Of a DNA stretch of 39,451 nt, positions 13,141 to 24,379 are shown piece after piece. The DNA lies in assembly GCF_001194135.2 (NCBI RefSeq), contig NC_068986.1, forward strand, positions 68,775,469 to 68,814,919, written 5' to 3'. The position numbers and the translations under genes are program-made. The notes under the pieces are model-generated. The model had not been told where the DNA came from, ran no database searches, and was given only the letters and a program-made list of their open reading frames with translations. Each line of letters starts with the position of its first letter. Position 1 is the first letter of the stretch. This DNA comes from Octopus bimaculoides. Lineage: Eukaryota.

Positions 13141-13289
13141 AGTTTTAAAAGCCTGTTTTTTTAAGTTTTGAATTTTTATATATAAAGAGGCCAGACTCAT
13201 ATGGACCAACTCTTCCCTGAGATGAAAACAGGTTTGCATAGGACCAACATCCTAAAAGCAAAGTTACAGGAGCAATGATGGTAATTCAA

Positions 13290-13385
13290 AACCAACAAGG
13301 CTTGAGAAAGATAGCCGAGAGTTGAGAACAGTGGAGAAAAGTTGTTAATGACCTATGCTCCAAAGGGAGTAAAGGGCTTAAGTGA
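13290..13385 (+). mobile_element. RTE LINE extreme 3' end
   Basis: KIAES*EQWRKVVNDLCSKGSKGLK* resembles the RTE-1 terminus (A.DR..WR..V..LC). Confidence 0.55.
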
Positions 13386-13589
13386 CCTCATACCCCACCA
13401 TCACTAACCACTTCCCACTATCTTTCCTTACTGGAATGTTGGCCCTTTGGAATCCTCTCCTTGATTAGTTTTTCCCTGCAACCATTGAACTGCTCATGTT
13501 AAGAGCAATATTGATGAAATTAGTTTCACTAGTCCAAGAGGACATGGAAAGGCCAGGGGCACAGCATCTTTTAGACTAAAACAACTGAA

Positions 13590-14200
13590 AAGGGAAAAAA
13601 TTCACCCATCCACTATTCCTGGATGACTCATGGTCATCTCCTAGGTTTCCTGACAGTTGGCTCAGTTTGAAGATTCTATCTTGTAATCCTTTCCTGCAGC
13701 ATTCTAATTACATGTCTGTAGTACCAGAGTTGTGATCTCTCAATGTTGAGAAGTAACAGCTCAACTTGGAGAGGCTTTCTGATCTCTGAGTTGCACAACC
13801 TGACATAAAATATTACTCTTGAGATCCTTCACAGTAACCCTATTTCGGTCACTTGTATTTGTGATTGTATTCTTCAGGTCATTACCCAACATTCATAATT
13901 ATAGGCGAGGACAGGTATGAAAAGCGAACTGAATTTTGGTTTGTCTTTTTTATCAGCCTTTCCTCTTCTGAAGATTGAATGATGAAGTTGGTACTTTACT
14001 GTGCCAACACTTGCAAATCTAGCATTCTATTTGGCCTCCATTAGCCTCATGAATGTGACTTTAAGATGCTTAAACTTTTCCACTTGTTTCAGTGATGCTC
14101 CACACACATGCAGAGTGCATTGGGAAGACTTTCTTGAGTGGGCCAATGTCTTAACCTTTGCAATACCGATCCTCATCCTTGATGTGCAGCATTCAAGTAA
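13590..14200 (-). mobile_element. RTE LINE RT/thumb fragment (pseudogenised)
   Basis: Minus frames give CTLHVCGASLKQVEKFKHLKVTF (cf. QVEKFKYLG) and VELLLLNIERSQLWYYRHVIRMLQERI (cf. IERSQLRWYGHV.RM). Confidence 0.85.
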
Positions 14201-14220
14201 AAAAAAAAACATCTCTTCTT

Positions 14221-14630
14221 GGCACAAGCATGGCTGTGTGGTAAGAAGCTTTCTTCCCAACCACATGGTACTGGGTTCAGTCCCACTGGGTGACTCTTTG
14301 AGCGAGTGTATTCTACTATAGCCTCAAGCCAACCAAATGTAAATGGATTTGGTAGATGTAAACTGAAAGAAGCTCATTGTGTGTGTGTGTGTGTGTGTTT
14401 GCGTGCGCATGTGTGTGTTTGTGTTTGTCCCTCACCACTACTTGACAACTGGTGTTGATGTGTTTACATCCACGTAACTTAGCAGTTTGGCAAAAGAGAC
14501 CAATAGAATAAGCATCAGGCTTAACAAAAGATAAGTACTGGGATTGATTCATCCAACTAAAAAGTTCTTCAAGGCAGTGCCCTAGCATGGCCACAATCTA
14601 ATAACTGACACAAATAAAAGATAAAAGAAA
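14221..14630 (+). mobile_element. SINE family C, near full length
   Basis: tRNA-like head, (TG)n centre, GTAACTTAGCAGTTTGGCAAAAGAGAC core, TAAAAGA tail repeats. Confidence 0.9.
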
Positions 14631-15240
14631 CTCTTCTTTCTTCACCAGGTGGCAGTGCTATTTGTTTACTTTGATGATGTTCAAAGGGAGACTGGTTATC
14701 ATTTGTATTGATATAATATTGATTTGTTAGTGTACTGATTGTAGAAATGCTCTTTGTAATACTTATATTGAACAATAATTATATATGGCAGTGTGCTTTT
14801 GTTTTGTTACTATGCATGTTTCATTTTTTTGTATTTACACCAAGTGATTAATTTTAAGATAACTAAGTCCTTGTATGTATTGTGAATTATCTTTAAGAAT
14901 TTATTGCTTATGTAAAGTGTAAGTCCCTTTAATAATGACATTGAAATGTAGTTATTCAAATGAGAAGTTATGCAACTCATTTGATACACTAATAATACAT
15001 TACTCCAGTCATCAAGAATATGAAAATAATCTGGTTTAATATATCATATTGCATAAATGTAATGGACAGTGTTACAAGAGATGCATTTTTTTTAAACAAA
15101 TAATTTCCTAGCTTTGGTTTCCATTAACTGCTGAGTAATATAATGTAATGGTAAACTAAAATTGTCAGTCCAACATTACCCATATCATTAAGAAGCACAG
15201 TTAAAAAATATTGATTTCAAATATTTGCACAAGGTTTACA

Positions 15241-15412
15241 AGGAAGTAAGTCGATTACATCAACCCTAGTGCTCAACTGGAACTTATTTGATTGACCCCA
15301 AAAGAATGAAAGGCAAAGTCGACCTCAGCAGAATTTGAACTCAGAACATAAAGACAGATGAATGCCAGTAAGCATTTTGCTCAGCAGGCTAACAATTCTG
15401 CCAGAACGACAC
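15241..15412 (-). mobile_element. SINE family B
   Basis: Reverse complement of GCTGGCAGAA...TCTGAGTTCAAATTC...GTCGACTTTGCCTTTCATCC core. Confidence 0.85.
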
Positions 15413-15496
15413 CATAATCTATACCTATAGTATAGCTCAGTTTATGAGTGTGTGTGTGTGTGTTGCATCTATAGAAATCCATACCTTACAAGATAG

Positions 15497-15530
<34 letters not shown>

Positions 15531-15797
15531 NNNNNNNNNNNNNNNNNNNNNNNNNNNNNNNNNNNNNNNNNNNNNNNNNNNNNNNNNNNNNNNNNNNNNN
15601 NNNNNNNNNNNNNNNNNNNNNNNNNNNNNNNNNNNNNNNNNNNNNNNNNNNNNNNNNNNNNNNNNNNNNNNNNNNNNNNNNNNNNNNNNNNNNNNNNNNN
15701 NNNNNNNNNNNNNNNNNNNNNNNNNNNNNNNNNNNNNNNNNNTGTTGTTATTTTTTGTATATTCTCCCATATATATATATATATATATATATATATG

Positions 15798-16101
15798 CTT
15801 ACTATAGCCTCAGGCTGAACAAAATCTTGAGTGGATTTCTTACTCGGAAACTGAGAGAAGACTCGTATATATGTATATATTTGTATATGTGTGTGCCTGT
15901 ATCTTGGGTTTGTACCCCCACCATTGTTTGACAACTGATGTTGCTGTGTTTACATTCCCGTAACTTAGCGGTTTGGTAAAAGACACTGACACAATGACTA
16001 CTAGGCTTACAAAGAATAAATCCTGTGGTTGATTTCTTCGACCAACGGTGGTGCTCCACCATGGCCGCAGTCACATGACAGAAACAAGTAAAGCAATAAA
16101 A
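15798..16101 (+). mobile_element. SINE family C, 5'-truncated
   Basis: CTATAGCCTCAGG...GTAACTTAGCGGTTTGG...CATGGCCGCAGTC...GAAACAAGTAAA. Confidence 0.85.
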
Positions 16102-16538
16102 TCTATGCCATTTTCATCCTGAGCAAGGCCGGGTATCTCTGTTAGTAAATATTAAGAGGATAAAAATAAAAAGCTTGTAGTATAACTGTCGAAATCTAGA
16201 ACTCTGCTACTTGAAGAAAAGCTTCCTTGAAAGAAGCATCATCTGCTTTGTCAAAATCTGCATTGAGAGAAATATCGGATGTCATTTGACTCCTTTTGCT
16301 TTTTGAAATAGATTTCATCTGGCCACCAGCTTGGACCAACAACATTCAATGGCCTATACTTTACTCTCTCAAAATTCACAGAAGAAAATAGTAGCTGATG
16401 GACAATACAGATAAAGAATCAGTCCTAGAATCAAGGACACATAGAATAAGAAATTATGCAATAACACATTTTGAATAAAAGTTCTACATTATGTGTATCT
16501 TTAATACTAAGTATTAAATAGCAAGATAGGGTTAGTAG

Positions 16539-16775
16539 TAAGGCAGCGAGCTGGCAGAAACGTTAGCACGCCAGGTGAAATGCTTAGTGGTATTTCGTCT
16601 GCCGTTACGTTCTGAGTTCAAATTCCGCTGAGGTCGACTTTGCCTTTCATCCTTTCAGGGTCGATAAATTAAGTACCAGTTGCACACTGGGGTCGATGTA
16701 ATCGACTTAATCCCTTTGTCTGTCCTTGTTTGTCCCCTTTGTGTAGCCCCTTGTAGGCAGTAAAAAAAATAAGAT
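16539..16775 (+). mobile_element. SINE family B, young copy with alternative tail
   Basis: GGCAGCGAGCTGGCAGAAACGTTAGCACGCC...GAGTTCAAATTCC (B box)...GGGTCGATGTAATCGAC; CpGs retained. Confidence 0.9.
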
Positions 16776-17642
16776 GGGGTTAGTAGAGGTAGGGAGGTTT
16801 GAGATGATAAGGACATGTAAGGGTACAGAATAGGTAATATGTGGATGGGGTGGGGCATAGTGGATTCAAATGGACAGATCCCCCCACACACACACACATT
16901 TATATAAATAATGAAAAACTTGCCAATGAATCTGGTACTTGCAAGTGGAATCTTTTAAATACCAGAGAATATAAGACACCTTGGTCATTTAAGGAAATGT
17001 CTTTGCAAGTGATTTAGGATAATCATAAGGAATATACATCAGGAGTTGGTTTCTTTTTAATCAGATAGTCCAGAATCAAAAGAAAATTTCAGAAATGAAG
17101 GCCTATTCTCTTTTTGAACTTTTGGAGGGTTCATTTCCCAGCATAGCAAATGGTACCAGGCAATATTTTTGCCATCTACCTACCTGCTATTGGGACATCA
17201 TTGATCCAGTTTGTGAACCAAAGTGTGATTAAAGACCTAAAATTGCACCAAAGGTAAAAAACAGTGAATTCTGATATTACAGTGAAAACTCTTCAGTCTT
17301 TGTGTAGTATTTTCCAGTTGCATTGGCAAGGAAATGTCGTTTTAAGGTTTTTTATTTGAGTATCATATTTGAGGACTAGGTTAAGTGAGTTCTCCAGCGC
17401 TGTAAAGCAATTTATCTTGGAGAGGGCCACACCAATGTAAAACCTAGTTTGTTGGTTAGTACAATAATCTTAGCTATGTGAGCCACTGTGGTCAGATCTC
17501 CAAGTCTAAAGATTGGATTGTGGAGACAGACTCTCTCTTTGAAGCTGCAAAGCACAAGTAGGAAGAAAAGCTTGATAGTGTTTCTTGACCATTTTTTTTT
17601 ACCTATGGCCCCTTTGATTCCTAATTTACTTTGATGTACCCT

Positions 17643-18019
17643 CCAGTGGTTAGGGCAGCGAACTCGCGGTTATAGGATCGCAGTTTCGATTCCCAGATCG
17701 GGCGTTGTGAGTGTTTATTGAGCGAAAACACCTAAAGCTCCACGAGGCTCCGGCAGGGGATGGTGGTGAACCCTGCTGTACTCTTTCACCACAACTTTCT
17801 CTCATTCTTTCTTCCTGTTTCTCTTGTACCTGTAATTCAAAGGGTCAACCTTGTCACACTGTGTCATGCTGAATATCCCCAAGAACTACGTTAAGGGTAC
17901 ACGTGTCTATGGAGTGCTCAGCCACTTGCACGTTAATTTCACGAGCAGGCTGTTCCGTTGATTGGATCAACTGGAACCCTCGACGTCGTAAGAGACGGAG
18001 TGCCAACAACAACAACAAC
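17643..18019 (+). mobile_element. SINE family A, slightly 5'-clipped
   Basis: Reverse complement of 541-923 at high identity; ends GACGGAGTGCC(AAC)n. Confidence 0.92.
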
Positions 18020-18262
18020 CCTCCTAGCAAGCTGATGCTTGAAAAAACCACATTATTTTTTTATAATCAAATGTTACTAGTAATTGTAGAAACAAAATTG
18101 CTAAAATATTTTGCGCACTGTAGAAGTATAACTAATTTATTGCAAATAAATTTTAACAACAAATTCTTATATACACCCTGGTTGAGAACCACTGCTCTGT
18201 AGTATCAAGTGTCGGTTTACATAGACACTTGAGGGCAAGCTGCTCTTCCTCATAATTTTCAG

Positions 18263-18465
18263 AAAAGAGAAAGCTTCCATCAGTATCTGAAGAATTTTCA
18301 TCAAATGGAGATGAATTTGAATGGTTTGATTTTAAATGGAAGAAATCCATACCTTTTAGTGGCCTTATAAAGATCAGAGAAAGTGCGCCTGAGAATAACC
18401 CAATGAACATTCTAGCATATGATGAAATGGGAGAATGGTTGGCAACTGACAGACATTCCTACTGA
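18263..18465 (+). CDS. Candidate 3'-terminal coding exon of an unidentified gene
   Basis: Acceptor cttcctcataattttcag| with an in-frame stop just upstream; 66 open codons KRKLPSVSEEFSSNGDEFEWFDFKWKKSIPFSGLIKIRESAPENNPMNILAYDEMGEWLATDRHSY*; AATAAA at 18632-18637. An antisense frame is also open, so strand is not certain. Confidence 0.42.
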
Positions 18466-19207
18466 GAAAACTTTGCTGACTGAAATGAAATGAAAAAGTT
18501 TGTAATGCTATAAAGCCCTTAATTAAAGTTTAATTACGCAAAAGTGGAGTGAAATTAGTATTTTTATGCTACATGTAAAGTCCTTATAATAAGCTCATAT
18601 CTGTGAGTTAATTTTAATAAGTGTGTGTGTAAATAAATTCAGTACATATATGGTTTTATGTATTGTACATACAACAATAATTAAAGTGTATCCACTGCCA
18701 CAATAACAGTACAGTATAGTAAAGTTTTTATCTTTTATTTTACTACAACTACTATTATTACTTTGTCGATCTCGGGAGGATGAAATGCAAAATTGACAGC
18801 GGCACGATTTGAACGTTAGAGAGCCAGAAGAAACATTCTGTTGCTTTTACGAATCTTCCGATCCACCACCAAGTAAGCTATAACTGATTTTTAAAGTTGC
18901 TTCCCTTTACATATTTCAGCCTTCATTTTGTGAATTTGTGGATTATCTCCCCTATGATAAGAGAATTGCACTTATCAACTGTTCGATTGAGATATTTATT
19001 TTATTTCCTTTTTGAGTAATAGTTGAACAGTTTACATTTTTTTATCTATGTGAAAACAAAGAAAGCCAAAAATGTGCTAGATTCTTTATTTAGATTTGAC
19101 GTTGTAGTTTTATATCTATACGATATCAGTGTTTAAAAAAATGATTAATCATAGATGACCACTCAAAATATCGAAGTACACGATACGGGACAAATTAGAA
19201 ATAGAGA

Positions 19208-19249
<42 letters not shown>

Positions 19250-19381
19250 TTAACGTCCATTTTCCATACTGGCCTGGGTTGGACGATTCCACAAGAACTG
19301 GCAAGTCAGAAGACAGCGCTAATCTCTACTGTCAGCTTTGGCTGGTTCCTATGACTGGATGCTCTTCCAAGCGCCACAACC
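19208..19381 (-). mobile_element. Family E tail with (CAT)n
   Basis: (CAT)n then TTAACGTCCATTTTCCATACTGG...GGATGCTCTTCCAAGCGCCA, the reverse complement of 4277-4432. Confidence 0.75.
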
Positions 19382-19543
19382 AGGAAAATAATTCTAAGCT
19401 AATGAATGCTTAATTTGCACAACTTATGAATTTTGGATAGTATATAATCCTATTGAGGCACCTTCTGGGTTAATATGGAAATATTTATTTAACAGAAAGC
19501 AATCAAGAAAACAGAAATACACATATACCAAATCAATATTTAA

Positions 19544-19764
19544 CATTTTATCAATCAAATTACTCTATCAAATGTGATGCTTATTTATTTACACTGCTTT
19601 CAGTTTTTTGTGCATTATCTTATAGCTTTGAGATTTCAGTGATGTAACTGCATATTTTTAGAATGACATTATAGTGGTAGGTGTGTGAGGCTGGATCTAG
19701 CTGGTTTCAGTATAAAATAGGTAGAATATTTGGGCTGGATATGACCAGTTTAAATGCAAAAGGG
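19544..19764 (+). mobile_element. piggyBac-type MITE, copy 3 (221 bp)
   Basis: TTAA (19540-19543) ... AAATGCAAAAGGG-TTAA (19765-19768); same length and body as 8355-8575. Confidence 0.82.
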
Positions 19765-20136
19765 TTAAAGCATTTTGGGGGTGCTTTTTATAACAACTAA
19801 TTTTCAAGTTAGGATAAACAGGAAAGAATTTTCTTGGAACAAATTTTTTTTTTTTTTTTTTTTGCAGTGAGATTATTTATGAAGTTTAAAAGTAATCCCT
19901 TATGTCAGATAGGAATCTTTGTAAAACAGGAGCACCACATTGTTGCTGTTAGCTGTATTAAGGTTTGAACTCAACCTGTGGTTGGCCTTCCAGCATCTTC
20001 ACCAAAGTACATAAGGCAAACAGAAAGATTTTCTTTGTTTTAATTGTAAATCTACTAGCAACCAAATCGTCAAGTAAATGAAGTATTGGACAGGCTCAGA
20101 TGTTCTCTGTAATGTAATACTTTTATTTTGCATTCC

Positions 20137-20321
20137 TCAATTCACCAAGATATCAGGAGTAGGCATAAGATCATCTGAGAAAGCTATCTTGGATAAACTA
20201 ATTTCCTGTCTAGGAAAATATCTATATCTTATGTACTTCAAACATGAAACAGAGTTAAGCAAAAGGTCTTGCAATTTAAGGGATATTATAGATTTTTTTA
20301 TAATCAAATTATGTAATTGGT
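20137..20321 (-). CDS. Candidate last coding exon of an unidentified minus-strand gene
   Basis: Acceptor ttgtcatacttcag|; phase 1; (D)QLHNLIIKKSIISLKLQDLLLNSVSCLKYIRYRYFPRQEISLSKIAFSDDLMPTPDILVN*; AATAAA 9 nt after the stop (20122-20127). An alternative donor TTG|gtgaat lies at 20146. Confidence 0.55.
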
Positions 20322-20422
20322 CTGAAGTATGACAATGAAATATGAGTTTTCATTTAAAATTGAATTCAATTACTGTAAATTTGTGATATTATTTCATCAC
20401 TGCCTAATATTAAATCTCTTAC

Positions 20423-20500
20423 CAATCTTTTCTTTGATGTATAATGATACATTATTGTTTACTTTAATGGTACTTTTGAATAAATAAGCACAATGAAAAC
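20423..20500 (-). CDS. Candidate 78-nt internal exon, spliced in frame to 20321
   Basis: aactatag|GT TTT CAT...AAG ATT G|gtaaga; FHCAYLFKSTIKVNNNVSLYIKEKI; phase 1 to phase 1 across a 101-nt GT-AG intron (20322-20422). Confidence 0.55.
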
Positions 20501-21555
20501 CTATAGTTTATGTAAGGTGGAATAGGAAATGGGATCTTGTGTCATTTATACTTTTCTCAAGTGCAAAGTAATATTAAACAACTTTAAGCAGGAAATGGAA
20601 CTTCATCTTTGGAGTTTTACTTTTGGCTCTACAGAGTTTCCATTTGATAAATGTATAATCAACTGAATCAAACTGAACTATTACTGGTACATATTCTATA
20701 GATCTTTAAGTGATGAAAAGCAAAGCAGATTTAGGTAGAATTTGAATAAAGAACATTGAAAGTTCTAGAAGTATTGTGATCCTGAAAATCAATTTCAATG
20801 TTATGTAACTTGGAAGTCCATGGGAAAATTGGAGTTTTGTGTAACTAAATTCTGCATTAAAGCCAAATTTTCATGACTACAATGCTTCCATAATGCAAGG
20901 GATGTCTATAAATACTAAAAGATACTTATTCTGACAATTTATTTGGCCAATTTGCAATCTTTACACTCCAAAATTGATCACTTTTCATTTTGCACATGGC
21001 CAACTTGGTGAATTGGGTGTATAGTTAACTAGGTAGTCCAAGGAATTGATTATTTTTGTTTTATCAGTCCTTGGGGAATAAGAATTGCAAAGTTGAATCC
21101 AGAAGAATTTGAATACAGAGCGAAGAGAAATGAAAGTAAACACTATTTATTATTTAGTTTGGCACTTAGCTATTTCTTCTTGCTATTACACTTACATAAT
21201 AAAATGTTGATTTTTTAAAATTTGGCACAAAGTCACAAATTTATTGAGAAATAGTGCCAAATGAACCCAGTACATTACAGGTACTTAATATAGAGACCCC
21301 AGAATAATGAAAGGCAAAATTAAATCTGACAATGTTTGAACATAAGACACAAAAGAATGTAGTTAAATACCATAGGATTTTTTTTTTAACTTGTCAAATA
21401 TCATCTTTGCAGGCATCTCCAGACTGGTGATGGAGATGGAAGATGATTAGATGTGGTTATAATTGTGACAAAAAATGCTTTTGGAGATTGAAAGACAAAG
21501 ACAGAGCTCATGGGTTGTTGCTGAACTCAGCATCCATATCTGTATGTAGTTCAAC

Positions 21556-21835
21556 TTTCAGAGAACGTCTCAAAATTCAGTGTTTGCTGAGTAAAGGCAT
21601 GATTCAGGAAATAAGGAAGCCCAGAATGCAATAATCTGTGTGCCAATTTGTAGGGCAGCCTTTTGGTATCAGATAAAAATCTCTGTTGGGAAAACTTTTC
21701 CATTGGTACAGACCCTTGAACAGTGGCAGTAAAAATCAGAGCTGAGACAGGCAGCAGTTTGTCAAGATTGTTGTTTGCTATTAAACCAGGTACTTCATTG
21801 GTAATATAGTGAAGACTGTTAAATGAACTCGAGGC
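21556..21835 (-). CDS. Candidate internal exon of the same minus-strand gene
   Basis: Acceptor ctccttatctcttag|; 93 open codons ASSSFNSLHYITNEVPGLIANNNLDKLLPVSALIFTATVQGSVPMEKFSQQRFLSDTKRLPYKLAHRLLHSGLPYFLNHAFTQQTLNFETFSE; phases fit neighbours, but the donor (A|gttgaa) is weak. Confidence 0.33.
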
Positions 21836-22531
21836 CTAAGAGATAAGGAGGCTAAGCCAGGTAACATGTTAGGCATTTCTTCTTTCCTTGTGATGTCTTC
21901 TTTCTGTTGACTTCTTTGACATGATTTGTGTGTTTACCATGAAATTTTTGTGAGAGAAAAAAAGACACACACTCACACACTACATCTGATACTTAACAGA
22001 TATTTTTTTTATTGGACCCTAAATGACAACAGGCAAAGTAGACTTGGGCAGGATTTGAATTCAAAACACGGAGTTAGAATGAATATTGCTACATATTCTA
22101 TGTGACTCGGCCAGTTCTCTGCCTCAGGTTAGACATACTAACCATTCAGTCCAGTACTATGCTATCTTTTCCCCTAAATGCTCTTTGACATGCTTTATGT
22201 GCTTACCATGGGATTTTTGTGAGAGAATATGAGAGAGATAGATAGATAGATAGAGAGAGAGGGGGGGCACGCACACACACACATACACACACACACTAAC
22301 TGGTACTTTATTTATCGGATCCAAAGTTGACTCGAGCAGGATTTGAACTTTGGACACAGAGTTAGAATGGATATCTTTTAAACATTTTTACAGAACTTTT
22401 AAAAAGAACAGCTCTAATTGGGTTGAATGATTATGTTGGAGTTTTCTTGCTGGTGCACCTCAACAGAGCAATGAACTTTAAAGCACAAAAATAATATACT
22501 TCAAAGCAGTTAATGTATCAGTATTTCTCTC

Positions 22532-22975
22532 AAGACAGTGAGTTGGCAGAATTGTTAGCACTCTGGGCAAAATGCTTAGCAGCATTTTATCCATCTTTAC
22601 ATTTTGAGTTCAAATTCTGCCAAGGTCAGCTTTGCCTTTCATCCTTTCAGGATCGATAAATTAAGTACCATTGAAACACTGGGATCAATGTATTCGACTT
22701 GTGCCCTTTCCCTAAATTTCAGGCCTTGTGCCTATTGTAGTATTATTATTATTATTAAGGTGACAAGCTGGCAGAATCATTAGCATGCTGGGCAAAATGC
22801 TTTAGCAGCATTCCATCCATCTTTACATTCTGAGTTCAAATTCTGCCAAGGTCAACTTTGCCTTTCATCCTTTTGGGATTGATACAATAAGTACCAGTTG
22901 AACGATGGGGCTCAATGTAATCAACTTACCCTCTGATCTGAAATTGCTAGCCTTCTGCCAAAGGTTGAAACCCAT
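22532..22975 (+). mobile_element. Head-to-tail pair of family B SINEs (22532-22756, 22757-22975)
   Basis: Two complete GCTGGCAGAA...GAGTTCAAATTCTGCC...GCCTTTCATCC units joined at a (TAT)n tail. Confidence 0.9.
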
Positions 22976-23096
22976 ATGTCTGCATTACTCTGAGAGATGC
23001 AATAGCCAGGAGGCCAAAATGGATAGGGCTTAAAAGGTTTAAAAGGTTGGGGAAAGAGAACGTTTGCAAACATTGAATTATGTTAATCTAAGTCTA

Positions 23097-23454
23097 CAGG
23101 GAGACTGTAACATATGGCTACATGGGGCTAGCAAAAACCTTAGCCATGACTGCTTCTTTTATTTCATCTGTTACAGTTGGTCATCTGAAAAGGGCTTGTC
23201 TAAGACACTGCCTATTTCTTTGAACTTCTTAACCACTTTCCCCACTGTGGGAAAGGCAATGGGGGCTTTTCAAAGATTGACGTACATTGAAAGCATCTGC
23301 CGCCAGTCGATATGACCATCCCCCACATCAAGTGAGTAGTACCAATTCAGTTCTTTCTTCTTTAGACAAACTCATATTCAATCTGCAGAGGGAGTGGGGT
23401 AAGACAAGTACATTTGAGATATTTCCCATGTATCCAGACTTTATGGTCATCCTG
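23097..23454 (-). mobile_element. Internally deleted Tc1/mariner element with N-terminal transposase HTH remnant
   Basis: TA-CAGGATGACCATAAAG terminus at 23454 and degenerate TA-CAGGGAGACTGTAAC at 23097. From ATG at 23375: MSLSKEERTELVLLT*CGGWSYRLAADAFNVRQ, frameshift, PTVGKVVKKFKEIGSVLDKPFS..VTDEIKEAVMAKVFASP (cf. TV.K...KF.ETGSV.D.PRSGRP). Confidence 0.8.
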
Positions 23455-23515
23455 TATTTCTCAAATACATGCATCTATTGATAACCTTCATAGAATATTC
23501 ATCTCTTTGTAAGTT

Positions 23516-23727
23516 GTTCAGCTAGCAGAATTGCTAGCAAACCCAGGGCTGATGCTTGGCAGTATTTCATCTGTCTTCACATTCTGAGTTCAAGTTCCAC
23601 TGAGGTTGACTTTGTCTCTCATCCTTTCAGGGTCAATAAAATAAGTACCAGTTGAATGATGGAGTCAATGTAATTGACTTTACCCCATCCCTGAAATTGC
23701 TGGCCTTGTGCCAAAATTTGAAATCAG
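23516..23727 (+). mobile_element. SINE family B
   Basis: Same core as 16539; tail GCTGGCCTTGTGCCAAAATTTGAAA. Confidence 0.85.
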
Positions 23728-23908
23728 TAGTTATCTGAAATTGAAATGTCACAGTATATAAAACCTTGTGTTTATTAAACTTTTGACCTCATTGCTAACT
23801 CTTTAGTAACGTATCAGTTGACACAGAAAGATTATTTGGTAAAGCATTATTTCATTCACATGGCTATTACTAGAGAGAGATATTGTATCTTACACTGGCA
23901 CATTTTTA

Positions 23909-24037
23909 TGGCTGTGATAGGTACTTCTCAACCATGTGGTATCAGGTTCAGTTCCATTGTGAGGCACCTTGGTCAAGTATCTATGAATGGATTTAATAAA
24001 TGGAAACTAAAAGAAGCACGTTGTTTATATGTAAGTA

Positions 24038-24060
<23 letters not shown>
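23909..24060 (+). mobile_element. SINE family C, decayed 5' half
   Basis: GGCTGTG...GGTTCAGTTCC...GGCACCTTGG...GGAAACTAAAAGAAGC then microsatellite. Confidence 0.65.
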
Positions 24061-24071
<11 letters not shown>

Positions 24072-24143
24072 AACAACTGTCAGCAATGCTCATACTTGCC
24101 TATGAATGAACAGCCATCAAACATGCATGCATGTATGTATGTA

Positions 24144-24179
<36 letters not shown>

Positions 24180-24379
24180 AGACCTGTTATACAGGTCATG
24201 AGAACTATCAGCATACATACAAACAGCCGTATGTATGTCAACATACATACATGATCACACACATACACACATTCATATATGCATACATACATACAGTTGA
24301 TAGTTATTCTCATGACTTGTATAACAAGTCATGAGAACAACCATCAATGATGATCATACTTGCCTAGGAATGAACAATC

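Noticed and set aside
18153-18479. Minus-strand exon/ORF MFIGLFSGALSLIFIRPLKG...
   Set aside because: Between the best acceptor (18480) and best donor (18352) all three frames contain stops. The ORF's end CAGTGGTTCTCAACC (18180-18194) looks like a hAT terminal repeat. Not fully excluded.
20078-20332. 84-aa plus ORF MKYWTGSDV...
   Set aside because: Overlaps the better-supported minus exon pair, which has canonical splice sites, phase match and a polyA signal.
23177-23333. Plus-strand exon with strong acceptor and GTGAGT donor
   Set aside because: Stops in all three frames; the sequence is the antisense of a mariner transposase remnant.
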